Assembly (NCBI GenBank): GCA_963805975.1
Contig: CAWDVR010000002.1
Span: 192,001-256,000 of the forward strand
Reading direction: 5' to 3'
DNA length: 64,000 nt
DNA from: an uncultured Acidobacteriota bacterium
GTDB taxonomy: Bacteria; Acidobacteriota; Thermoanaerobaculia; Multivoradales; SZUA-115
Below the pieces are notes generated by a model that saw only the letters and a program-made list of their open reading frames with translations, made no database searches and was not told where the DNA came from. Shown piece after piece: positions 1-10,800 of the stretch. Position 1 is the stretch's first letter; the number at the start of each line of letters is the position of its first letter. A program made the translations under genes and the position numbers.

Positions 1-372
1 GTGCAGGAGATCGCCCTTCCCGGCACGCCGCTCGGCCGGCTGGGCCGCAACTATGGCCGGGGCTCTTACCCTCTCGAGCCCGGCGACCTCGTGGTCTGGC
101 TCTCCGACGGCTTCATCGAGGCGCTAGGCCCGGCCGGGGAGCCGTTCGGCTACGAGCGGCTGCTCGCGGCGTTGCGAGGCCCGGCGGCGAGCGCGGTCGC
201 GGTGCGCACCCAGCTTCTGGCCGCGGTCGAGGCACACGCCCAGGGCGTGCCCGCGGACGACGACCGCACGCTGGTGGTGATGCACTACCGGGCGCCGGCG
301 GCGACGACCGTGGAGGCGGGGGCCGGCGAGCCGGAGCCACCGCCCGGTCCGGAGAGGCCGAGCAGACCGTAG
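1..372 (+). CDS. PP2C/SpoIIE-family protein phosphatase, C-terminal part (5' truncated by window)
   Basis: ORF with 'GTPLG', 'LEPGDLVVWLSDGFIEA', 'FGYERL' and 'DDDRTLVV' motifs typical of SpoIIE/RsbU phosphatase domains. Confidence 0.85.
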   Translation: MQEIALPGTPLGRLGRNYGRGSYPLEPGDLVVWLSDGFIEALGPAGEPFGYERLLAALRGPAASAVAVRTQLLAAVEAHAQGVPADDDRTLVVMHYRAPAATTVEAGAGEPEPPPGPERPSRP

Positions 373-1043
373 ATGCGCTGCACGTAGTTGCGGGTCTCAC
401 GGTACGGCGGCACGCCGCGGTAGCGGTCCACCGTGCCCTCGCCGGCGTTGTAGGCAGCGAGCGCGAAGTCGAGATTGGGCTCGTAGCGGTCCAGGAGCCA
501 GCGCAGGTAGGTGGCACCGGCCTCGAGGTTGCGCTTGGGATTGTGGATCTCCGAGCGGCCGACCCCGAAGCGGCTGGCGGTGGCCGGCATGAGCTGCATC
601 AGGCCGCGGGCACCCTTGGGCGAGACGGCACGGCTCTGGAAGTTGGACTCGGTCTTGACCACGGCCGCCACCAGTGCCGGGTTGAGGGAATGGCGCCGCG
701 CCGTCTCGAAGATCAGGTCGCCGTAGGGGGTGTAGGGCACGTCGTGGCCCTCCGCGAAGCGCCACGAGAAGGCCGGGGCCAGGGGCGCAGCCTCGGAGGG
801 GGCCGGGGCCGGCTCCTCCCGAAACGGCACCTCGTCGGCCACCACGCGCTCGATGCGCAGCAGGGCGAGGGTCAGGCGCCCGCCGGAAGGCAGCGTCAGG
901 CGCACCTGGTCGTCGTTGATGATCTCGAAGGATCGAACCTTGAAGAACTGGCCGTCGTCGAGCACCACCAGATCGCCATGGGCCGCGGATGCGCACACGA
1001 GCCCTATCAGGGCAGGAGAAAGCCAGCGGGCGAGGGGCGCCAT
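285..1043 (-). CDS. Lytic transglycosylase (SLT domain) with signal peptide
   Basis: N-terminal signal peptide; 'VKTESNF', 'AVSPKGARGLMQLMP', 'ALAAYNAG' and 'ETRNYV' SLT motifs; 3' end overlaps the convergent gene. Confidence 0.93.
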   Translation of the reverse strand: MAPLARWLSPALIGLVCASAAHGDLVVLDDGQFFKVRSFEIINDDQVRLTLPSGGRLTLALLRIERVVADEVPFREEPAPAPSEAAPLAPAFSWRFAEGHDVPYTPYGDLIFETARRHSLNPALVAAVVKTESNFQSRAVSPKGARGLMQLMPATASRFGVGRSEIHNPKRNLEAGATYLRWLLDRYEPNLDFALAAYNAGEGTVDRYRGVPPYRETRNYVQRIYGLLGLSGPGGGSGSPAPASTVVAAGAR

Positions 1044-1088
1044 ACGGGACAGTCTACGCGACTCGAGGCCCGAGCGTCCAAGAGCACC

Positions 1089-2003
1089 CTACGACCGGGG
1101 GTGAAAACGATCATAGAGATTACGAAGACGCTGCTGGTGGATGTGGGTGTAGATCTGCGTGGTGGTGATGTCGGCGTGGCCGAGCATCATCTGCACGGCC
1201 CGCAGATCGGCGCCGTGCTCGAGCAGGTGGGTGGCGAAGCTGTGGCGCAGCACGTGTGGGTGCAACCCGGCAATGCCGATCCGCCGGCCGTAGGCGGCGA
1301 GGATCTTCCAGAACCCCTGGCGCGTCATCGGGTCGCCGAAGCGGTTCACGAACACCACCTCGTGCCGGCCGCGGGCGAGCCGAGGCCGCACCTCCGCGAG
1401 GTAGCGCGCGATCCAGCCCTCCGCCGCCTCCCCCACCGGCACGACGCGCTCCTTCGCGCCCTTGCCGAAGGCGACGAGGAAGCCGGCATCGAGCCGGAGC
1501 TGGGGCAGCGAAAGGCCCACCAGCTCGCTGACCCGCAGGCCGGCGGCGTAGAGCAGCTCGAGCATCGCCTTGTCGCGCAGCCCGAGCGGCGTCGCGAGAT
1601 CCGGCGCCGCCAGCAGGGCCTCGACCTGGGTCTCGGAAAGGACCGTCGGCAGGTGATGGACGAGGCGCGGCGGCAGGAGGTTCACGGCCGGGTCGTCCGG
1701 ACGATCGCCGGCCGCCACCAGGTGGGCGTAGAAGCCGCGCACCGAGGCCAGCGCGCGGGTGACGCTCCGCGGTGCCAGCCCCCGCTGGCGCAGCGCGCGC
1801 AGGTGCGCGGAGAGGGCCGCGGCGTCTGCCGCCAGGAGGTCGGTGCCGGCTTTGGTCAGACCTTCAGCAAGCTGTAGGAGGTCGCTGCGGTACGCTGCCA
1901 GCGTGTGGGGCGACAGTCCGCGCTCCACGGCGAGCGAGTCGAGATAGCGGTCGAGAGCACGCCGCCAGGCGGGGGCCGGAGGTGTTGGGTTCGGCGAAGT
2001 CAT
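1089..2003 (-). CDS. xerD: Site-specific tyrosine recombinase XerD
   Basis: 'RDKAMLELLYAAGLRVSEL', 'GKGAKER', 'HPHVLRHSFATHLL' and 'LGHADITTTQIYTH'; start set at ATG 2003 because 2011-2036 is a REP palindrome. Confidence 0.92.
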   Translation of the reverse strand: MTSPNPTPPAPAWRRALDRYLDSLAVERGLSPHTLAAYRSDLLQLAEGLTKAGTDLLAADAAALSAHLRALRQRGLAPRSVTRALASVRGFYAHLVAAGDRPDDPAVNLLPPRLVHHLPTVLSETQVEALLAAPDLATPLGLRDKAMLELLYAAGLRVSELVGLSLPQLRLDAGFLVAFGKGAKERVVPVGEAAEGWIARYLAEVRPRLARGRHEVVFVNRFGDPMTRQGFWKILAAYGRRIGIAGLHPHVLRHSFATHLLEHGADLRAVQMMLGHADITTTQIYTHIHQQRLRNLYDRFHPRS

Positions 2004-2010
2004 CGGCACT

Positions 2011-2036
2011 GTAGGGCGACCGGCCGTCGCCCCTAC
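2011..2036. repeat. GTAG-family REP-like palindrome
   Basis: GTAGGGCGACCGGCCGTCGCCCCTAC, intergenic; near-identical to 63401-63427. Confidence 0.75.
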
Positions 2037-2037
2037 C

Positions 2038-3288
2038 TCATCCACTCAGCGCCGTGGCGTACGTCTGGCAGAGGCCCAGGATCTCCTCCTCGTCGAGCAC
2101 CCTCTCCGACGCCTTGGCGCGCAAGAAGATCGCCGCCACCAGCTCCGGCGTGGGCGGGAGGCCGCGGTCCTTCAGCCAGAAGATGACGTTCGACTCGCCG
2201 CTCATCGGCCCCACCTCGATCTCCTGGCGGCGGCCGACCAGGCTCGCCGGCACCCCGGAGTAGATGCGGTCGGCCAGCCAGTCGTCACCCTTGGCCCGCG
2301 CCTTGATGATCGCCGCCGCGTGTACGCCGGTGCCGGTGCGGAAGGCGTCGCGGCCGATCACCGGGTAGTTGTCCGGCAGCGGCACGCCGGTAGTCTCCGC
2401 CACCCGGTGGCAATACTCGGGGAGCTTCCTGAGGTCGCGGTCCCCCCAGCCCAGGAGCTGGAGGTTGACCAGCAGCAGGTCCATGGGTGCGTTGCCCACC
2501 CGCTCGCCGATCCCCAGCGCCGTGGCGTGCAGGCGATCCGCACCGGCCGCGGCGGCGGCCAGGCAGTTGGCGATCGACAGGCCGCGGTCGCGGTGGCCGT
2601 GCCAGTCCACTTGGACGCCGTCCGCGATGCCGTCCACCACGCCGCGAATGAAGCGCACCAGGTGGCCGGCCCCGGTGGGCGTGGCATGGCCCACCGTGTC
2701 GGCGATCACCACCCGCCGGGCCCCGGCGCGGACCGCAGCGCCGTAGAGCCGCGCGAGGTCGTCGGGCTTGGCGCGTGTCGTGTCCTCGGTCACGTACATC
2801 ACCGGCAGGTTGGCGCGCACGCCGAGCTCGACCGCGGCCTCGGTCAGCGCGAGCAGGCGGTCCATGTCCCAGCCCTCGGCGTACTGGCGGATGGGGCTCG
2901 AGCCCAGGAAGCAGGCGACCTCGATCGCCACTCCCACCCGCTGCGAGATCTCGATCACCGGCTCGATGTCCGCCGCCAGCGTGCGCGCCGCGCAGTTGAG
3001 CTGCAAAGGGAGCCTGCCGTCGACCACCTCGCGCGCCAGCCGCTCGACGTCGCGCACCACGTGCTGCCCGGCGCCGGGCAGCCCGATGTTGGCGGACTCG
3101 ATGCCGAGGTCCACCATCAGATGCAGGATGGCGAGCTTGTCCTCGATCGAAGGGGTGCGGACCGACGGCGACTGCAAGCCGTCGCGGAGCGTCTCGTCGT
3201 TGAGCTCGACGCGGCCACGGGCGGGGAAGAGATCGTCACCCGCCGCGCGGTTCCAGTCGTAGATCAGATCGCTCTCTTCGAAGGCCAT
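2038..3288 (-). CDS. LeuA-family (DRE-TIM) synthase: 2-isopropylmalate/homocitrate/citramalate synthase-like, no regulatory domain
   Basis: 'DETLRDGLQ', 'IADTVG', 'HGHRDRG' and 'GIGERVGNA' motifs; 416 aa. Confidence 0.85.
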   Translation of the reverse strand: MAFEESDLIYDWNRAAGDDLFPARGRVELNDETLRDGLQSPSVRTPSIEDKLAILHLMVDLGIESANIGLPGAGQHVVRDVERLAREVVDGRLPLQLNCAARTLAADIEPVIEISQRVGVAIEVACFLGSSPIRQYAEGWDMDRLLALTEAAVELGVRANLPVMYVTEDTTRAKPDDLARLYGAAVRAGARRVVIADTVGHATPTGAGHLVRFIRGVVDGIADGVQVDWHGHRDRGLSIANCLAAAAAGADRLHATALGIGERVGNAPMDLLLVNLQLLGWGDRDLRKLPEYCHRVAETTGVPLPDNYPVIGRDAFRTGTGVHAAAIIKARAKGDDWLADRIYSGVPASLVGRRQEIEVGPMSGESNVIFWLKDRGLPPTPELVAAIFLRAKASERVLDEEEILGLCQTYATALSG

Positions 3289-3320
3289 GGCATCCTCTCC
3301 GGCTCGCGAAACGGCCAGCT

Positions 3321-4487
3321 TTGGATTATAAGGTGCGGGTGCTGACCACCATCGAGACGGCCGGCTGCCTGGTGCTGGGCGGCGGCGTGGCCGGCGCCGC
3401 GGCGGCCTGGGCGATCGCCAAGCGCGGCGAGAACGTGCTGCTGGTCGAGCAGTTCGAGCCCGGCCACACGCGCGGCAGCTCGCACGGCGACGGCCGCATC
3501 TTCCGCTTCTCCTATCCCGAGCCCGTCTACGTCGAGATGGCGCGCCGGGCCCTCGCCGGCTGGCGCGAGCTCGAGCGCACGACCGAGGAGCCTCTCCTCC
3601 ACCTCTGCGGCAACTGGGACTGCGGGCCCCTGGGCAGCCCGGAGCTCGAGGCCGTCGAGCGCAACCTGCGGGCCGCCGGGGTCGCCTGCGAGCGCCTGTC
3701 GGCCGCGGAGTCCAACGACCGCTTCCCGCTCTTCCACGTGCCCCCGGGCTCGGAAGCGCTCTACCAGCCCGAGGGCGGCGTGCTCTACGCCCGGCGCGCC
3801 ATGACCGCGCTGTGGGACGCGGCCCAGGCCGCGGGCGCCCGGGTAGTGACCGGTGAGCCCATCCTGGGCATCGAGGCCGGCAGCCACGGCGCGGAGCTGG
3901 TGGCCCGCGGCGGCCGGCGCTACCGCGCGCCGCGGCTGGTGGTGGCCGCCGGCGGCTGGAGCGCCAGCCTCCTCGCCGCTCTCGATCTGCCGCTACCGCT
4001 CCAGGTGACGCGCGAGCTCGTCGCCTATTTCGCGCCGTGCAACGAGGTCGATCACGGCCCCGGCCGGATGCCGACCGCGATCGACCATCACCAGCCCGAC
4101 ACCTTCTACGCCCTCCCCGCGCTGGAGGTCCCCGGGGTCAAGATCGGCTGGCACCGCGCCGGCCGGCCGATCGAGCACCCGGACGAGCCCGCGGCCCTCG
4201 ACCGCGACAACCTCGCCGCCGTCGAGGCGTTCTCCCAGGAGCGCTTCCGCCACCTCCACCCCCGCCCGCTCGAGATCTCCCACTGCCTCTACACCCTCAC
4301 TCCCGACCACCACTTCATCCTCGACCGCCACCCCACCGAGCCCACCCTCGCCCTCGCCGCCGGCCTCTCCGGCCACGGCTTCAAGTTCGGCCCGGCCCTG
4401 GGCGAGGTCCTGGCCGCGCTGGTGTTCGGCGAGGACGTACCGTTGCCGATCGGGATGTTCGGGGTGGGCAGGTTTGGCCCCACCTAG
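3321..4487 (+). CDS. FAD-dependent oxidase, monomeric sarcosine oxidase / N-methyltryptophan oxidase (SolA) family
   Basis: 'LGGGVAG' dinucleotide fold, 'GSSHGDGRIFR', 'CLYTLTPDHHFILD' (FAD-linking Cys) and 'SGHGFKF'; exact start uncertain (3321 TTG or 3339 GTG). Confidence 0.87.
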   Translation: MDYKVRVLTTIETAGCLVLGGGVAGAAAAWAIAKRGENVLLVEQFEPGHTRGSSHGDGRIFRFSYPEPVYVEMARRALAGWRELERTTEEPLLHLCGNWDCGPLGSPELEAVERNLRAAGVACERLSAAESNDRFPLFHVPPGSEALYQPEGGVLYARRAMTALWDAAQAAGARVVTGEPILGIEAGSHGAELVARGGRRYRAPRLVVAAGGWSASLLAALDLPLPLQVTRELVAYFAPCNEVDHGPGRMPTAIDHHQPDTFYALPALEVPGVKIGWHRAGRPIEHPDEPAALDRDNLAAVEAFSQERFRHLHPRPLEISHCLYTLTPDHHFILDRHPTEPTLALAAGLSGHGFKFGPALGEVLAALVFGEDVPLPIGMFGVGRFGPT

Positions 4488-4516
4488 AGTCCGGCTGCGC
4501 TCCGGTTCCCCGCCCG

Positions 4517-7324
4517 TCAGGCGCCGGCAGTGATCAGCGGTGAGAGCCCCCTCATGAACAGCAACAAGGACTGGAAGGCCTCGGCCGCGGTGAGCACCGC
4601 CGCCTCGACCAGCGGACCCAGCATGGCGAGCAGGTAGACCAACAGCGCCAGCAGCAGGATGAATAAGAACACCAGCACCAACCCACGCGCCCAGCTCGGC
4701 TCCTTGGCCGGCACACAGTCGGCGAGGCCACCGCCATTAGCGCCGCCGGAGATCAGGTAGGCACCGGCGCCGGTCGCCTCGTCCCGCACGATGTAGCCCA
4801 CGCCCTTCCACGGGCCGGTGTCGATCTCGCGTTCCGAGATCATCACGGACTTGCCCAGGCTGACCGCGGTCTGAACGTCCTGCTCGACCTCCTCGGGCAG
4901 CTCGAGCAGGGGCAGGGCCGCCGCCGCGTTGGCCGAGGTGATGCGGTAGATCGGAACGTCGAGCGCGATGGCGTCGGAGAGCAGTTGCATGGCCGAAATG
5001 CCCCGGATGCTCGGCGCCTCCCGGTTCTCGAGCTGGTCGAACACCGAGCCTTCGAGGTACGAGCTGGCCGCTCCGGCCTGCTTGACGAACGCCACGACCT
5101 TGACCGCGTCCGCACCGGCCACGGCGAGGAGCGACCGTCGCACGTCCATGGCGCGGCCGGAGTACACCGCCGAGCGGGGCGCGCCGAAGAGGTACGAGAC
5201 CGAGAGCGGCGAGCTGAAGAGACCCACAGACGGCAGCCGCGCCACGCGCACTCCCAGGGACCGTGCCGAGATCTCCGCCAGATAGTCGCTCTCCGCCCAG
5301 TAGTGGAGGGCCACCTGGTGGTAGTACTCCCCGGCGGCCTCGACCGGATGGTCGGCGAAGCGCTTCTCGATCACCTGGCGATTGATGCCGTTGCCGGTGA
5401 CGCCCAGCACGATCTCGTCGCCGGCGATCACCGAGTACGACAGGGTCTCGGGACTGGCGGGCCCGTCGAGTCGAACGTCGAGCAGGAGCTCGCCGCCCAT
5501 CCGCAGGCTGCCGCCCCGCGCGAGCTCGGCATCGTCCAGCCGCACTACCGGCACCACGTTGACCAGATAGACCGGCAGGGACGCCGCGCCACCCTCTCGC
5601 GCGGCAGCCAGGACGGCCGCGTCCGCGGGCGTGGCAGGCTCGAAGGTGAGCCCCAGCCTCCCGCTGCCGAGCCGTGGCAGGCTGAGCTCCGCCGCAACCA
5701 CCGCGTCACCCGACGCGCGGTCCGCCTCGGAGGCGAAGGCCGAGATCCGCACTCCATGACGCAGGCTCGCAGGCCAGGCGCTGGTAGCCGCGGAGCGCTC
5801 GACCACCCGGTAGGGCAGCGAACCCGGCAGCACGCCGAGCGTTCTTGCCGTGATGGAAGGTCCACCCAACAGACCGTCCAAAGTCTGCTCGAGGCCGTGG
5901 GAAAAGGCGTAGTCGTCCACCTCGACGACCCAGGTGCTCAAGCGCTCATCGATCACGTCGTCGTCGACGTTGGTGATCCGGCCCAGGGACTCGTCGACCT
6001 CGAAGAGCTGGTCACCCGGCTGGACCAGCGGCGGCGGCGGAACGTCGCTGAAAACCGCCGCGCGAGGCCGAAAGGTGTGCTGCTTGAACGACGCATCCAG
6101 GGCAAGCCAGGTGTCGGCGCTTTCCACGGCCGTACCGCGACCCGGAACGAAGTTCACCAGAGCCTCGACCCAGACATGCTCGATGCGCAGATGGGTGACG
6201 ACGCCCTGCGCGACCAGGCCCACGGTCTCGACGCCGCCCTGCCCGAGGAGCTGCTGCGCCACTTCGAGGTCGGCCGCACCGCCGACCCAATTGACCACCT
6301 GGGCCGAGGGTACCTCGACGGTCCCGCGCACATAACGGCTGGGAATGCCGGCGGCGCGCAGCAGGGCGATCAGCAGGCTCGCCGTGTCGGTGGCGTTGCC
6401 ACGACGCGCATCCAGGGTGAGCTGCGAGCCCTGCACCGAGCCGCCGGTCGGCACGTAGTCGATGTGGTTCCTGACCCAGTTGTAGATCTCGAGGGGCCGG
6501 TTGCCGAGGGAGGCGGCAAGAGCCTGGATCTCGGGAGTGATCTGCACCTCCTCGGTCGGCTCGAGGTCGCTGGCGTCGACGGCCCGTGCCGGCGAGAGCT
6601 GCGCCGTGGACGAGGTCTCGAGCCTGGCCCGCTCCGCCGCCCTGCGGGTCAGCCTCGTAGCCACACCCGGCGTGGCGCTGCGGAAGGGCAGGCGATCCGC
6701 CTGGAGCCGCTGCCAGGGCCGCTCCGCATGAGAGCCGGCCAGCCCGGAAGCCGCTCGACGCAGTGCCGCGTCACCACCGTCCTTCGCCGTCTCGAGCTGC
6801 TGGCGCACCTGGGCCATCGCCGCGCGATAGTCGGCCACGGCCCGTGCGTGCCGGGCCAGGATCTCGGACGGCAGGCGCGCGGTGCGCAGCCATTTCTCCT
6901 CCTCGGCGAACTCGGCGAGAGCTCGTCGATCGAGATCGGCCGCTCGAACCGCGATCTGGTCGAGGCTCGCCGCCTGGCTTCCGACCCCAGCGTTCGAAGT
7001 CGTCAGCCGCTCGAGCTCCCGGCCCAGAGCGCCGAGATCGCGGCCCACGTCGAGAGCTCGCGGAGAGCCGACGGTGGGCACCTTCGAGGGTCGAGGAGCC
7101 GCTGCCGTCGCCTCCAGCCGCTCGGCCGCCCGGCGAAGCTGGTCCTTCTCCTCGGGAGAGAGCGCGAGCCGAGGCTCGTCGATCCAGCGGCGCAGCATCT
7201 GCGCCGGGTTCTTGGCGGCAGCCCGGTTCTCGGCCCAAGCAGTGCCGCCGCAGGTGGTGAAGACAAAGGAGAGAAGGGTCGCGATCGCCGTCCTCGCCTG
7301 CGTACTCGTTCGTCGGGTTCGCAT
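4517..7324 (-). CDS. Secreted transglutaminase-like domain protein (catalytic Cys absent) with C-terminal hydrophobic segment
   Basis: Signal-peptide-like N-terminus; 'GNATDTASLLIALLRAAGIPSRY', 'HVWVE' and 'WLALD' transglutaminase-like core; 'GAYLISGGANGG' followed by a TM helix; GAGGA RBS before ATG 7324. Confidence 0.75.
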   Translation of the reverse strand: MRTRRTSTQARTAIATLLSFVFTTCGGTAWAENRAAAKNPAQMLRRWIDEPRLALSPEEKDQLRRAAERLEATAAAPRPSKVPTVGSPRALDVGRDLGALGRELERLTTSNAGVGSQAASLDQIAVRAADLDRRALAEFAEEEKWLRTARLPSEILARHARAVADYRAAMAQVRQQLETAKDGGDAALRRAASGLAGSHAERPWQRLQADRLPFRSATPGVATRLTRRAAERARLETSSTAQLSPARAVDASDLEPTEEVQITPEIQALAASLGNRPLEIYNWVRNHIDYVPTGGSVQGSQLTLDARRGNATDTASLLIALLRAAGIPSRYVRGTVEVPSAQVVNWVGGAADLEVAQQLLGQGGVETVGLVAQGVVTHLRIEHVWVEALVNFVPGRGTAVESADTWLALDASFKQHTFRPRAAVFSDVPPPPLVQPGDQLFEVDESLGRITNVDDDVIDERLSTWVVEVDDYAFSHGLEQTLDGLLGGPSITARTLGVLPGSLPYRVVERSAATSAWPASLRHGVRISAFASEADRASGDAVVAAELSLPRLGSGRLGLTFEPATPADAAVLAAAREGGAASLPVYLVNVVPVVRLDDAELARGGSLRMGGELLLDVRLDGPASPETLSYSVIAGDEIVLGVTGNGINRQVIEKRFADHPVEAAGEYYHQVALHYWAESDYLAEISARSLGVRVARLPSVGLFSSPLSVSYLFGAPRSAVYSGRAMDVRRSLLAVAGADAVKVVAFVKQAGAASSYLEGSVFDQLENREAPSIRGISAMQLLSDAIALDVPIYRITSANAAAALPLLELPEEVEQDVQTAVSLGKSVMISEREIDTGPWKGVGYIVRDEATGAGAYLISGGANGGGLADCVPAKEPSWARGLVLVFLFILLLALLVYLLAMLGPLVEAAVLTAAEAFQSLLLFMRGLSPLITAGA

Positions 7325-7394
7325 GAAAATCCTCATTTCGTCCTGATGTGCGTAAGGCGAGGCTGCCGCCGTCCGGATGGATCTCGCACCGGTG

Positions 7395-7817
7395 TCAATC
7401 GCAAGGGTCCCCACAGTTCAAGGCGATGGTGACCTCACAGGCCGTGATCTCCGCACTCTCAAGTGTCACCTGATACCTGTGGCCAGAATTGCCGCCGCTC
7501 CAGCAGGCGAAGTTGATCTCGATGCGAGCGTTCATACAGGCTCGCCAATCCTCCTTGGCCTCCTCCAGGCCCTGGCAGTCATTCGGCGGCAGGTCCGCGC
7601 ATTTCGGCGGACTACTGCCAGGGCCGTTGGGCTTGCAGAAGAACTCGACCTCGTCTTGTAGAGTGATACACATCTCGACCGGGCAGGTCCGCCCGGTCTC
7701 GCTCGCCGGACGTTCGCACACCCGCTCCGCCGAGGCGTCCAAGGCCGTCAGTGCAAGGACCCACAGTGCCGCGTGCAGGGCGGCACCAAGTCCTGTCGTC
7801 ATCCGTGGTCTCGTCAT
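7395..7817 (-). CDS. Small secreted Cys-rich protein with Ntox16-like domain (140 aa)
   Basis: C-terminal part of the listed ORF 7395..9182; own ATG at 7817 with AAGGA RBS; signal peptide; 'CMNARIEINFACWSGGNSGH' resembles the Ntox16 Cxx(A)R...C(F/W)xGG(D/N)xxH pattern. Confidence 0.7.
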   Translation of the reverse strand: MTRPRMTTGLGAALHAALWVLALTALDASAERVCERPASETGRTCPVEMCITLQDEVEFFCKPNGPGSSPPKCADLPPNDCQGLEEAKEDWRACMNARIEINFACWSGGNSGHRYQVTLESAEITACEVTIALNCGDPCD

Positions 7818-7837
7818 GTCGGTCTCCGTCCTTTCCT

Positions 7838-10800
7838 TCACGGGCACACCGTCGAATCGAACAGCGGTCCCTGGTCTATGCATTGGCCATGGCCTCCGCC
7901 CTGGCTCTTCGGCACGCACACCCTCACTTCGCCTTCGCAGGTCCCGCCGTTGGCGTCGAAGGCGGTAAAGCTCAGGCGGTACATCCGGCTGTCGCCTCCA
8001 CCCTGGCGCTCGGCCCGTACGCTCACCGTGGCGGTGCCGACGCCGGTGGCGTCGGGGCAGTGGTTGCCGGTGCCGCCGCCGCGGGTGGGCTCGTCCTGGT
8101 ACGCGGCCGTCACCACCCACTTCACGGGCTCGCCCTCGGGGTCGGTCAGCCCCTCGATGCCGATCGGCACCATCTGGTGGTTCGGCGGCCACAGCCGGAC
8201 CGGCGTCGCCTTCGCCTTCGAGCAGTCCGGCGGCAGGTTCGAGACCGTCACCGCCAGCGCCTCGCTGTCGAGCGTCACGCGGACCGCCGTCACCGGAAGC
8301 TCGGCCGCGAGCACCACGAGGTAGCTGCCGGCGGCGAGGCCTTGGGTGGCGAGGCCCTGGGTGGAGAGACCGGGGCTCGCCGAGTGGCTGGCGCCGGCGG
8401 CGAGGGTGATGCCCTCGCTGGCGCTCGCCAGCATCGCGCCGGTGTCCGGGTGGACCAGCAGCACCTCGAGCAGCAGGCCGGCGAGCTCGGTGTTGCCGTC
8501 GTTGGTCACCGTGTAGCTGGCGGTGACGAGCTCGCCGGCCTCCACCTCCACCGGGTCGAGCGACAGCTCGCCCGACAGGCCGGCACCGCTGCCCGCCGAG
8601 CTTTCGATCTCGAAGCTCACCGAGCACTGGCTGAGCGCCGTGACGCTCGAGCCGACCGTGAAGAAGGCCTGGTAGCTCCCCGCTGCGAGGCCCAGGGCTT
8701 CGAAGCCGAAGCTCGCCGAGTGGCGCGCCCCGGGCGGCAGGGTCGGGAGCACGCGGCTCTCGAGGAACACCAGCTCGTTCGCCCCGTTCCTCGCCTCGAG
8801 AGCGAGGGTGAGACCGGTGAGCGTCGACAGATTCGAGGTGTTGGTGACCTCGCCGGTCATCGCCACCCGCTCGGTCGAGAGGTAGGTGAGCGCCGAAGGC
8901 AGCAGGCGGCAGCTCGTGGCGCCGGCGGGCACGGTGTCGGGAGTGCCGGGGTTGCAGTCGTCGTCGATGCCGTTGCCGGGGATCTCTGTCTGGCCTGGAT
9001 GGACGTTGGGGTCGCCGTCGTCGCAGTCGTCGACCGCCGGGAAGCCGTCGTCGTCGCCGTCCTCGTCGCCCAGGTTGTCGCAGGTGGCGAGGTCGAAACG
9101 GCAGTCGGCGGCGCAGGCGAGCGCCCCGGAGGTGAAGCCCAGCGACGAGCAGCTCTCGCCCCGGAGATCGGCGCCGTCGCACTCCTCCTCGTCGCGGTTG
9201 GCGAGGTCGTCACCGCAGTAGGGGTGGAGAGTCACCTGCCGCAAGCCGCCACCGAAGAGGTAGGAATCGTCCTGGGCGAAGCCCGCAGCGATCAAGCCGT
9301 GCGGCTCGGGCGAGCTGGTGCGGTGCGTGCCATCGGCCACGGCAAGGCGCGCCGCCGAAAAGCCGGTGGCGCCGATCGGCTGGAAGCTCGCGGCCGGCAC
9401 CACCGCCCCGTCCAGCCGCACCGAGCCGATGGCGCCCGTCGGCGTGAGCAGGGTGAAGAAGTTGAGGTAGCCCGGCGTGCCGGTGGCCAGGCTGTAGGAC
9501 TCGAGGAAGAGCTCCGAGGGCAGCAGGGTCAGCATCGAGGGATCGCCGAGGCTCGCGCCAGGGCTTTGAGTCCCGGTCATCAGCTGGGTGACGAGGATCG
9601 GGCCGTTGGCGGCGAAGAGGTGGTCTCCGGCGAGGGGTCCGATCTGGAGGAACTGGCCGCTGTCGAGCTCGCCCTGCGGCACGCCATCGAGCGTCACCAC
9701 GGTCTCGTCGGCCGCGGCGAGAACGCGGTAGTACGAGCCTCCGAGCCGGAACGGCACGCCGGCCGCCAGGGCCGAGGTGCCCCACAGCGGCAGGGGCAGC
9801 GCCACCTCGAAGATCGGGTCGCAGAACGGCGTCGCAACCGGCACGTTGGCGCAGATGTTGCCGTTGACCACCAGCACCGGCTGATCGGAGACCACGCGGC
9901 TGCCGGTCAGGTCCGAGCCCTGGTCCAGGCCTTGAGCGAGGTAGCCGAAGCCGCGGTCGAGGGTGATGGTGAAGGGCACCTCGGCCGGGGCCGGGGCGCC
10001 CGGGGCCGGCTGCTTGAGCGCCGCCTTCGGGGTGATGGTCACGGTGGTGTCGTCGACCGTGGCCACGACCAGGAACTGCGGCCGGTCCTGCGGCACGATC
10101 GCCGAACCGGTCATGGTGGTGACCAGGTACTCGGTGCCGAGCGCGTCCACGGGCAGGGCCACCGAACCGTCGTTGCCGCCGCCGAAGAAGTACTGATTGA
10201 TCATGGTGACGGAGATGTCGGCGTCGGCCGACAGGCGCACGGCGTTGTTCCGCGCCTGGCCGGGGACCCAATCGGTGGCGGCATTGCTGCGCACGGTCAG
10301 ACGCTTCGCCGTGCCGGGGGTGATCGTCTCGGTGTAGGGCAGGAACGGCGAGTTGACCGGCTGCTCCACCCGCACCGTGGTCGGCACCTCGCTGGTGACC
10401 AGGAAGTAAGAGAAGACGGTGTTGATCGGGCTGGGGAGGAAGCCGATCAGGAACTCCTTGCCTTTGTGGTCGATCACCGTCGCCGGCGCGTCGCAGGCGG
10501 CGATGTCGAGCTCGCAGGTGGAGCCACAGCCCAGGAGGCCGGTGCCGAGGCCGAGGGCATCGCAGGTGAGCCCACCCAGGTCCGGGAAGTCGCACTCCTC
10601 GCTCGGCTGGTTGATCAGGCCGTCGCCGCAGGCCGGCGTCGAGGTGCAGGCCGAATTGTCGAAGGCGCCGCAGCTCGCATCGCAGGCGAGGTTGCCGGCG
10701 GAGTAGCCCTGGGACACGCAGCTCTCCCCCCCGAGGTCGCTGCCGTCGCAGATCTCGAAGAGCTGGTTGCGCACGCCGTCGCCACAGGTGGGCGCCGCTT

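Noticed and set aside
1089-2003. Tyrosine recombinase as the integrase of a genomic island
   Set aside because: Sequence is typical chromosomal XerD; no att repeats or tRNA seen nearby
7818-9182. 595-aa ORF 7395..9182 as a single gene
   Set aside because: Its 5' part is an Arg-rich alternative frame of the 1336-aa gene; only 7395-7817 looks coding
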